A stretch of DNA of 64,000 nucleotides. Source: a virus. This document shows, in pieces, positions 56,898 through 64,000 of the stretch; within the stretch, counting starts at the first letter, position 1, and each line of letters opens with the position of its first letter. The stretch lies in the IMG/VR virus record IMGVR_UViG_3300044911_002386, positions 32,001 to 96,000 of that record, one strand, 5' to 3'. Both the position numbers and the translations under genes were made by a program. The notes below the pieces were generated by a model. The model saw nothing but the letters and a program-made list of their open reading frames with translations, was not told where the DNA came from and did not search any database.

Positions 56898-58352
56898 TTA
56901 CATGATGTAATTTTGCAGTACACAGTGGTTTGCTGTCAACAAGTTATTTCCGTATTTATCACAAATGGCGGCGAAAGCGGCAATCTTATACAACGCGTAA
57001 TGTTGCGCAAGTGCTGTTTCTGCGTTCCCAGTTGCTTGTTTCTCACACGGAATGTTATCTAACCGAGCGTTACGAATCGCGGCTAAGTATGCACGCTTTT
57101 CGATGTTACTCGGTAATACGCTGTGGGTTTGCGCTACTTTCTCTGCCCACACCCTAACAGCAGCCGGAGCCACACTCGAAGGGTAGTAAACATTATTCTC
57201 CAAAAGCGTCGCCATGTCTAGATCATTTGCAACTTTTGTAAAAATATTGGGCAGGGCTTTCGCAACAGCCCCGACGAGGTCCTCACTTGCTGTCTTTAAA
57301 GTCAGTGCTAAAAAGTCGCGCAGCGGCAGGATAACACCGGCGTCAGCCAGCCCACGCAACACGTCTGACATTTTAACAAATGAGCACGCACTTACATCAA
57401 TAGGCGGCTGTACTTCCGGCGATGAAGCCAGGGCAAGTTTGGTCCACTCAGCACTGTTCTGGGTGGCTTCGGCTTGGACAAGTAAGTTTAAAGCCTCTAA
57501 CTGTGCGTGAGCCCGCTTGCTTGAGTTACCATCTAAGTTAAATCCAATCGGTGCGGTGACGCCAAGGTGCTCAGCCAATTCAGCGCCAGAAAGAATGGCT
57601 GTACCAGCGGCTTTTTCAAGCCGGCCAGATACATACGCAATTCGGTCAGCCGGGCGAAACACGTGAGAAATGTCAAAAAACGCACACTTCGTATTGTCGG
57701 CGTGTAGCACGTGACCGTCCGCCAGCACCCGACCGATGTTGTGCTTTAAACCGCCCGCCTTGCAGTGCCCGCCGTTCTCTGGTGAGTCGCAATACTCAGC
57801 CCGGGTACGAGCCGTGTTGCCGCAAGAAGAGCATTTGTCGAAAGGAATTTTGCAGGCCATCGATACCGGGATCTCTTTCCCGTTGGCCAGTTTCTCAAGT
57901 TCTTTGTCAGCAATTAAACCGCCATTGCGATCGGCCGCTTCTTTTGTGCCATTTAACGCGCAGACAAGTTCAATTCGGTGCATGGGCTCGTGGTAGGCAC
58001 TGGCCTTCACGATGCCGAATGACTTGGCCGGATTCTTGTTGGCGTGGTCCCGATAGAACCTGGCTAACTTTTCAAACGTGTTGTGATCTTTACGGCATGT
58101 GTCTCGTGTAAAGCCGTCGCCGTTGCGGTTCGGGCCGTAGTCCTCTGTGGCACCAATCGCGATCATGTGCACAGGAACTTCATCTTTTGCAAACTTAATG
58201 TTTTCAAGTTTATGGGCAAACTCCGCACCGGCTCGTTTAACGAATGCCTGCTTGTCGGCACCGATGAGGCCGCGGCTTGAGATCTTAATAATCTCCGCGA
58301 CTGGCTCACTAAAGTCTTGAGCGTGCGGCTGAATAACTTTGATCATGCTCAT
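56898..58352 (-). CDS. prohead maturation protease (HK97/assemblin-like serine protease) with Zn-ribbon insertion
   Basis: PNRNGDGF, RDH.NK....G.V (candidate His), PVSMAC (candidate Ser), CSSCGN; upstream of scaffold and capsid genes. Confidence 0.75.
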   Translation of the reverse strand: MSMIKVIQPHAQDFSEPVAEIIKISSRGLIGADKQAFVKRAGAEFAHKLENIKFAKDEVPVHMIAIGATEDYGPNRNGDGFTRDTCRKDHNTFEKLARFYRDHANKNPAKSFGIVKASAYHEPMHRIELVCALNGTKEAADRNGGLIADKELEKLANGKEIPVSMACKIPFDKCSSCGNTARTRAEYCDSPENGGHCKAGGLKHNIGRVLADGHVLHADNTKCAFFDISHVFRPADRIAYVSGRLEKAAGTAILSGAELAEHLGVTAPIGFNLDGNSSKRAHAQLEALNLLVQAEATQNSAEWTKLALASSPEVQPPIDVSACSFVKMSDVLRGLADAGVILPLRDFLALTLKTASEDLVGAVAKALPNIFTKVANDLDMATLLENNVYYPSSVAPAAVRVWAEKVAQTHSVLPSNIEKRAYLAAIRNARLDNIPCEKQATGNAETALAQHYALYKIAAFAAICDKYGNNLLTANHCVLQNYIM

Positions 58353-58376
58353 TTGCTAGTTCCTTATCCGTTAATT

Positions 58377-59366
58377 TTATCGTGCATTTACGGCGCCACG
58401 GCTGCCGGCGTAACCAAAACGACTAGCCTGTTGGCGCGCTTGTTCTGCCGCAGTGTTTTGTATCCACGCTATCGTTTTTGCCATATCGCGGTCGTTGTTC
58501 AAATAAAACTCTTCCCCGCCCGGAAACTCACGAATCCTATTAATCATTTGTAGCAAGTTAGTTTTGTCTTGCGGGTTTGTCATCGCAATCGGCTGGCCGC
58601 TAGGTGTTTTCGTGTAGATATCTAAATCGTCTTTTGGCAATAAACCAGTCTCCCGCAGTTCAGCCATGCTCGTTGCCGGTTTTCCAGTTTTACGTTCATA
58701 CGACTCTAATAAACCACGAAAACGGTCTTGATACTGCGTCGTTCGCCCGGTTAATTTCTTATACCACGGCATTTTGCCGGTTTGCACCCAATTTAAAAAA
58801 TCACTCCCGCCGGCGTTTGGCGACACGCCGTCAGCTAACGGATGCCGAGACGGGCCCTGTTTGTATAAATCAGTTTCCATGTGGGGTTTAATAGCGTCTG
58901 GCCTGTAGCCCTTATACGGCACAACGCTTACTGTGCCGTCAGCGTTTGTTGTCAGCGCAACTTGCTCGGTCGGCTTATCGGCTACGCGCATTGGCGTCGT
59001 TTCTACTCGCTGTACGTCTTTTGGTTTGACAGCGGCAGGCGCAGCCGACGGTGTAATTTTAGCCGTCGGGGTAGTTGACGGCGTCGGGGCAGCGCTGTTA
59101 CCGCCGTTCATAAAGTGGGCGAGGCCAAGGCCGCCAAGGCCGCCGAGCGTGCCGTAATAAAGGGCGTTGCGTTTCTTATTGCGGCCCTGCGTCGCACCAA
59201 TGAGTGCGCCGATACCCGCCCCGCCAAGGCCGCCAAGTAAATAACGCCCGGCGTCACCACCGACGAACGCGGTTTTAATTTGCATTAAGTTTGATGGCAG
59301 TGTTTCGCCAGTAACGGCGCTGCGGGCTAACTGACCTGCCAATTTTTCAAAGTCGTTGTTGTTCAT
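58377..59366 (-). CDS. putative internal head/ejection protein with glycine zipper
   Basis: GGLGGAGIGALIGA...GTLGGLGGLGLA; FEKLAG, IKTAF. Confidence 0.55.
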   Translation of the reverse strand: MNNNDFEKLAGQLARSAVTGETLPSNLMQIKTAFVGGDAGRYLLGGLGGAGIGALIGATQGRNKKRNALYYGTLGGLGGLGLAHFMNGGNSAAPTPSTTPTAKITPSAAPAAVKPKDVQRVETTPMRVADKPTEQVALTTNADGTVSVVPYKGYRPDAIKPHMETDLYKQGPSRHPLADGVSPNAGGSDFLNWVQTGKMPWYKKLTGRTTQYQDRFRGLLESYERKTGKPATSMAELRETGLLPKDDLDIYTKTPSGQPIAMTNPQDKTNLLQMINRIREFPGGEEFYLNNDRDMAKTIAWIQNTAAEQARQQASRFGYAGSRGAVNAR

Positions 59367-59369
59367 GTC

Positions 59370-60980
59370 TTACGCAAGTTCTTCTTGGAGTTTGCGGGCC
59401 GAAAGCATTGTTTGATCCCGCTCGGCTTTGAGTTTATCCATTTCAAGTAATTGTTTCGCGTCAAAATCGGCAAGTTGTCCGGCCTCTAAACGTTTCCGAA
59501 GCATGGCACGTAAGACAGCCGGGGACTGCACGACGTTTGGCGCCGCGTCGGCTACTTCATTAAACGCCAATGCTACTTCTTGAGGGCTATAACCAGAGAT
59601 GACGTCGTCATTAAGCATCAAGTCGTGAAGCGTGGCTTGAGCGCGAATATTTTTAAGCGTCAGTTCGTGGTCGGGCGAGGAGATCTCTTTCAACATCTTT
59701 AAACCAATGTCGCGCGGCTCTTTGTCTAAGCCAAGAATGCTTTTAGCCATCCCGGCTGGCGAGGCAGCACCAGCAAGACCAATTTGTTCACCAACAGTGT
59801 TGACTGGCCGGTTAGCACTCTCAAAAAACGTTTGTAAGTTTTTTTCGTAATTGCTGGCACCACCCTTGCCGCCACCGCCACCACCACGATTACCGCCGCC
59901 ACCGCCGCCACGGTTGCCCTGCGGCTTCTTCTCTTCCGGCTTTTCGGGCTTAGGAGATGGCTTTGCCGGCGGTGCAGGCGGTGCAGGCGGAGCAGGCGGG
60001 TTAATGCCGAATAATGTCGCCGCAAGACTCGGCGGTAATCCTGGCCCGGCAGATACAGGAAAATGCCCGCCACGCGGGCCTGCTGCTTGCTTTAAAGTTA
60101 CGCCGTTAGAGAAGTCTACCGGCGCCTGCAGCACCGAACCTGTAAGAAAAGTGGCTACTTTCTTATTACTAATTACTGGCGTCTTTTTTTTTAAGTCCGC
60201 GCTCGCTTTGACATATTCTTCCGTCAGGATAACAACATTTTGTACGCGGGCGTACAGGGGGTTATCGCCAAAGTGGTTGTTGTTCGTTGCCGCTTGCTTT
60301 TTAAACTGAGGATAAACTTCGGCCACCTTGTGCAGCACCGAAACACCCTCGTCGCCGAAACGTAAGCCAACCTGACGAACAGCGTCGGCGAACGACATGT
60401 TTCCCGGAGTGCGGAAATACTCAACTACGCCGTCAAGCGCCGCGGCGGCTTTAGAGTACGCAGCCGTAGCGATGCGGCGCCGCTCCTCGTCAGCCAACTG
60501 CTCGGCACGTTTGACGCTATAGGCCCGCTCAGCGGCGAATTGCTCGTCACGCGGATACGGCACATATGTCTTTGCCGGTAATGCCACTTGAGCCGCTGCG
60601 GCCTTCTCCTGCTCAGCCACGCGGCGAGCGAGCATGCCGGCAGGCGAAACGGCGTAGTCCGTAGATACAATTTCTTGCCGCACGATTTCTGCCGACGTTT
60701 TAACAGCCTTGGGGTACAGAGCATCTAAAACCGTGGGGGCGTCAGCCAGTTGGAAATCAGCCGACTTTTCAGTCGTGTTTTCGCCTTGTTCGCGTTGCTT
60801 GGTGGTGCGGCCTGTGTTGTACGCATGCACCATAAGGTTAATATGCCCCGCGGGAATATCGGCGGCGGCGGCACTCTTAATGATTGCAGCGTTTGGCGAT
60901 AGCCCTTCGTTGACTAATGCTGCAGCTTTTTCAATCGCAGCAATTAACTTTTGTTCGGCTTCTTTGCTCAATGTCTGCAT
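59370..60980 (-). CDS. head-associated protein with K-x-A motifs
   Basis: EKAAA, IKSAA, EKSAD, VKTSA, SKAAA, HKVAE, KKQAA, KKVAT, LKQAA. Confidence 0.6.
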   Translation of the reverse strand: MQTLSKEAEQKLIAAIEKAAALVNEGLSPNAAIIKSAAAADIPAGHINLMVHAYNTGRTTKQREQGENTTEKSADFQLADAPTVLDALYPKAVKTSAEIVRQEIVSTDYAVSPAGMLARRVAEQEKAAAAQVALPAKTYVPYPRDEQFAAERAYSVKRAEQLADEERRRIATAAYSKAAAALDGVVEYFRTPGNMSFADAVRQVGLRFGDEGVSVLHKVAEVYPQFKKQAATNNNHFGDNPLYARVQNVVILTEEYVKASADLKKKTPVISNKKVATFLTGSVLQAPVDFSNGVTLKQAAGPRGGHFPVSAGPGLPPSLAATLFGINPPAPPAPPAPPAKPSPKPEKPEEKKPQGNRGGGGGGNRGGGGGGKGGASNYEKNLQTFFESANRPVNTVGEQIGLAGAASPAGMAKSILGLDKEPRDIGLKMLKEISSPDHELTLKNIRAQATLHDLMLNDDVISGYSPQEVALAFNEVADAAPNVVQSPAVLRAMLRKRLEAGQLADFDAKQLLEMDKLKAERDQTMLSARKLQEELA

Positions 60981-60982
60981 TG

Positions 60983-61912
60983 TTATTCTCCCGGGAATCG
61001 CAGATTTTCGATCAGGGGCTGATTTTCTAGTTTACCACCAGTCGCCACAATGATCATTTCGCTGTTGTTTAATTCTGCCGCGCCACTATCAAAGGGTACC
61101 ATTTTTATAGCTTCAGAATCCAGTTTCGTCCCAACGCGGAATGGCAGGGCCGTCAACATAGCCCCGATATTCTCCACAATGGATACCTGCGCTTTAGTAG
61201 CGTTTTCTGTCGTTCTTTCAATTTCAACATATTTGGCGAACGAGTCGATAAGCGGTAATTGTGTATGCGTGTTGGCCTGCACGGTAAGCGTCGCCAGTGC
61301 CGCCTTGTACTTCATGGCACTAATTGCAAAATCCTGGAAAAAGCCAGAGACGTTCTCAGGGTTTTGCGGGCGGCTGACCGGGCAAAATCTGTTAATGACG
61401 GCATCTAGCACCATCGGGCCGCCGTGATAACCCATTAACTTCCAGAGCAAGTCGTAGTGTCGTTCCTGCAATCCGCGAGTAACGGCATCACCCATCACGA
61501 CATTCACAACATAATCGGTGTGGGCCATCTTTTCGCGAACATCAAAAAATACGTTGATATACGCGTTAATAATCTCTGGCGTCGTGCCGACCTTAGCAGC
61601 AATCTCGGCGTCCGTTTCTCCTGCTAATACACGGGCTTCCACGGCCCACTTTGACGGTGCTTTATCCTCCACCCACAGTGAGTGGGCCCAGAACAATTCC
61701 GGGTCGCGGAGATGCAGGGCGTACAATGCTTGCGGCCTGCTGCCAGCTAACTCAAAATGCCGTTTCAGCCGGCTAGCACGGCGTACCCACTTAAAGCCTT
61801 CCGCACCGTCTAATTTGCGAGACGCCTTGGGCCCGCCGGCATCAATATTTACCGCCCGCAGCCACCGCCAACTAGGCGACCGTCGAGGGTTATCGCGAAG
61901 GGCGTTTAGCAT
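60983..61912 (-). CDS. hypothetical protein (possible HTH)
   Basis: 309 aa; TDAEIAAKVGTTPEIINAY. Confidence 0.6.
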   Translation of the reverse strand: MLNALRDNPRRSPSWRWLRAVNIDAGGPKASRKLDGAEGFKWVRRASRLKRHFELAGSRPQALYALHLRDPELFWAHSLWVEDKAPSKWAVEARVLAGETDAEIAAKVGTTPEIINAYINVFFDVREKMAHTDYVVNVVMGDAVTRGLQERHYDLLWKLMGYHGGPMVLDAVINRFCPVSRPQNPENVSGFFQDFAISAMKYKAALATLTVQANTHTQLPLIDSFAKYVEIERTTENATKAQVSIVENIGAMLTALPFRVGTKLDSEAIKMVPFDSGAAELNNSEMIIVATGGKLENQPLIENLRFPGE

Positions 61913-62295
61913 TAGCGCAGCGTCGGCGTGTCTACGGTGACAGAGAACACAAAGTTTTTAACTGCCGCCGTCGTAATTTTAAGATACAGGTAGCGCTGCG
62001 GATTAGTCGGCGAGCCGTCACGATTGAGATACGACACGTTTAAGTCGTTTTTAAAAGCCGCAGCCTGGTCAAACGTCAGCACTTTGAATGTGTCTGCCGG
62101 TAACGCGTTGTTCGGCGCCTTATCCTGCTTGCTCGAATACAGCGTGGCAGTGAAGTTACCTGTTGCACCACCAGCCGCCTCGACGAGGTTGTAGCCTTTT
62201 AAAACGCCACGATGCGGCATTGGAATGGCCACCGTCGTTGCCGACCCGGCATTCGTCGTAAACTCTTTACTGCCTGACCAAACTGTGCTGGGCAT
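61912..62295 (-). CDS. small beta-rich putative structural protein
   Basis: 127 aa, operon-packed. Confidence 0.55.
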   Translation of the reverse strand: MPSTVWSGSKEFTTNAGSATTVAIPMPHRGVLKGYNLVEAAGGATGNFTATLYSSKQDKAPNNALPADTFKVLTFDQAAAFKNDLNVSYLNRDGSPTNPQRYLYLKITTAAVKNFVFSVTVDTPTLR

Positions 62296-62305
62296 AGTTC
62301 ACCTA

Positions 62306-64000
62306 TTAAGAGTTGGCAACGGGACCTAAGTCGACGTCGCTGTTGGCTTCTTCTGGATACGGCTCGATTGTCTTTTGCTTCAGGAACAAGATGACGTCGC
62401 CAAGCATCTCAAATGCGTTACGCAGCGAATCTTCCAGTTCCGGCATGTCGGCCTTGCCATAACGATCGGCAAACCGGTCGCCATGCCAATAAAACATAAA
62501 CAAGATGCGCCCCAGTTTGTCGAGGCCCTTTGTCAGTTCACCCATGTAGCGATCTACCATGCCGTCGTCGCGTACAGTTCGCAACATGGAGCCAATCATC
62601 GCTGTGTCAAATACTTCGCGTTGACCGCTTTGAGCGGCGTCGATTACCGAGCGTAAATCTTTTTGATCTAACTCAGTGTTCGGGTTGTAAACGCTGCGAT
62701 CCGTCTGACTAGCAGCCATGCCCGACACAGGCATACCGACGTCAATACCGAGTTGTGTTGGAACGCTCGTGCCCATGATGCTTTCGCCGCCCATGACCGC
62801 GCCGGGATCACTCGGAGCGTTCGGGGCACTGTTGATCATCATCGGGCTGCCGTACGGCTCGGCATATTTTACGCGGCACTCAAACTTTCGTTTATCAGCC
62901 GCTTGTTTCAGAATGTCGCGGGCGGCTTCTTCTCGTAAACCGTGCTGCCGTACTAACGACACCAGTGCCTGCTTTTCAGACAGTTCTTTTTCAACGAGTT
63001 GTTTTTGCCCGCTGTGAATCTCTACAGCGTGACCGTTATTTGTCACAGTTAAAGACGATGTTTTTTGCATCAACTCCATCTGGGCGTCAAGCAGGTTGCC
63101 CGGCATCAGCGGCGGATCTTTGCTTTCGCCGCAACCGCATGCACCCTGCCCTTCAGCCGAATCGACGTCGTCTTCGCCCGGCTCGCACTTCAGCATCTTG
63201 AACCCTTCCGGCACAAAGATGTCGCCCATGCTGGCACGCAGCGACGAACCCTTTTTACCGTTTAAATGCAGCCGCACGCCGTCGCGGTACTTGTCGTAAT
63301 TAAGCGGGTCAGAGTAGCAACACGGAGAAATGCTGCCCTTGGGCGGAAACTTTGTGTAATCCTCGAGATGCACTTCGTACACCGTCGAGCCATTTGTTTC
63401 GCCATATTCGCGAAGGCTCCGAACCGGGGCGGTAGTGTCGCCGCGCTTGTTAAGCAGCATTACGCGCGAGCGACCGGACGGAAGGCTTTTGGCTTCCGGA
63501 AGACCGTCATACCATTTGTCAAACTCTTCGCCCTCTACGCGGGAAAGTGCAAAAACATGGTCAGCCCGTGTGTTAATCCAGTCGGCTTTACCGTCAATGC
63601 GAACGACCGTGACGAAGTTAGACCGCTTGGCGGCACCCATCGGGAATACGGCCACGTAGCAGCGTTCAATATTGCCCGGCTTGACGAGGATTTCGTACAG
63701 ACCGCTCTCGGTCGGATTAAACAGCCGCTTCTCGACTTGGATATGGTAGGGAATCGAAACGTTGTCGCGATCCCGCTTGTCGAGAATCAGCACGCCGTCC
63801 CGCAAAAGTTTTTCCTGGTCTTCTTCTGTGTGACCCGGCGGTAACTTAGTCTGCACCGTCGTATCGAGCGTAATGACTTCAAGCGACTTTTCAGCCGCTG
63901 GCGTTTTGGGAGCCTCAGACAACACGCTCGCCACTTTTGTGCGGCTTACGCGAGCCGACGCCTGTGCTACGGCCTCTTTGACGATATTTAAACCGTGGAA
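62306..64000 (-). CDS. large head-associated protein, 5'-truncated by the window edge
   Basis: Frame stays open from 63934 to 64000 (FHGLNIVKEAVAQASARVSRTKVAS); K-x-A motifs TKVAS, LKQAA, VKYAE. Confidence 0.65.
   Translation of the reverse strand, partial: FHGLNIVKEAVAQASARVSRTKVASVLSEAPKTPAAEKSLEVITLDTTVQTKLPPGHTEEDQEKLLRDGVLILDKRDRDNVSIPYHIQVEKRLFNPTESGLYEILVKPGNIERCYVAVFPMGAAKRSNFVTVVRIDGKADWINTRADHVFALSRVEGEEFDKWYDGLPEAKSLPSGRSRVMLLNKRGDTTAPVRSLREYGETNGSTVYEVHLEDYTKFPPKGSISPCCYSDPLNYDKYRDGVRLHLNGKKGSSLRASMGDIFVPEGFKMLKCEPGEDDVDSAEGQGACGCGESKDPPLMPGNLLDAQMELMQKTSSLTVTNNGHAVEIHSGQKQLVEKELSEKQALVSLVRQHGLREEAARDILKQAADKRKFECRVKYAEPYGSPMMINSAPNAPSDPGAVMGGESIMGTSVPTQLGIDVGMPVSGMAASQTDRSVYNPNTELDQKDLRSVIDAAQSGQREVFDTAMIGSMLRTVRDDGMVDRYMGELTKGLDKLGRILFMFYWHGDRFADRYGKADMPELEDSLRNAFEMLGDVILFLKQKTIEPYPEEANSDVDLGPVANS

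Noticed and set aside
1-64000. Reverse transcriptase/DGR, integrase, transposase, terminase or portal; alternative genetic code
   Set aside because: No recognisable motifs for these in the window; long genes read through intact under the standard code.

Overview
A 64-kb segment of a large contractile-tailed (myovirus-like) dsDNA phage genome, almost entirely encoded on the minus strand. Reading right to left, it holds: head-associated proteins rich in K-x-A motifs, a prohead protease, scaffold, decoration protein, major capsid protein and neck (64000-51550); an accessory MoxR AAA+/VWA island (51300-48100); head closure, tail completion, sheath, tube, spike, chaperones, tape measure and baseplate genes, with a sigma70-family sigma factor embedded among the baseplate genes (47400-24300); Cys-rich paralogous baseplate/fibre genes and a collagen-like fibre (24300-11000); then small accessory genes, a Zn-finger primase-like protein, a pyrimidine-dimer glycosylase, tRNA-Thr and a GNAT. 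The most striking element is at the left end. An 11-unit non-coding array (644-1457) is built from strictly 5-nt-phased GGY-NN pentamers (minus strand) separated by a conserved U-rich linker. It lies directly upstream of an HNH nuclease gene, which is translationally coupled to a RAMP/Cas7-like gene (<1-271) that the ORF track missed. This looks like a phage RNA-guided system with a non-contiguous guide code. Other notable signals are three exact copies of a CTAAAT-N15-GGCATATT promoter motif, two divergent gene pairs whose start codons share one CATG, and a candidate -1 frameshift in the tail chaperone. All product calls come from motif recognition and gene order; no database search was run, and the host cannot be determined from this window.
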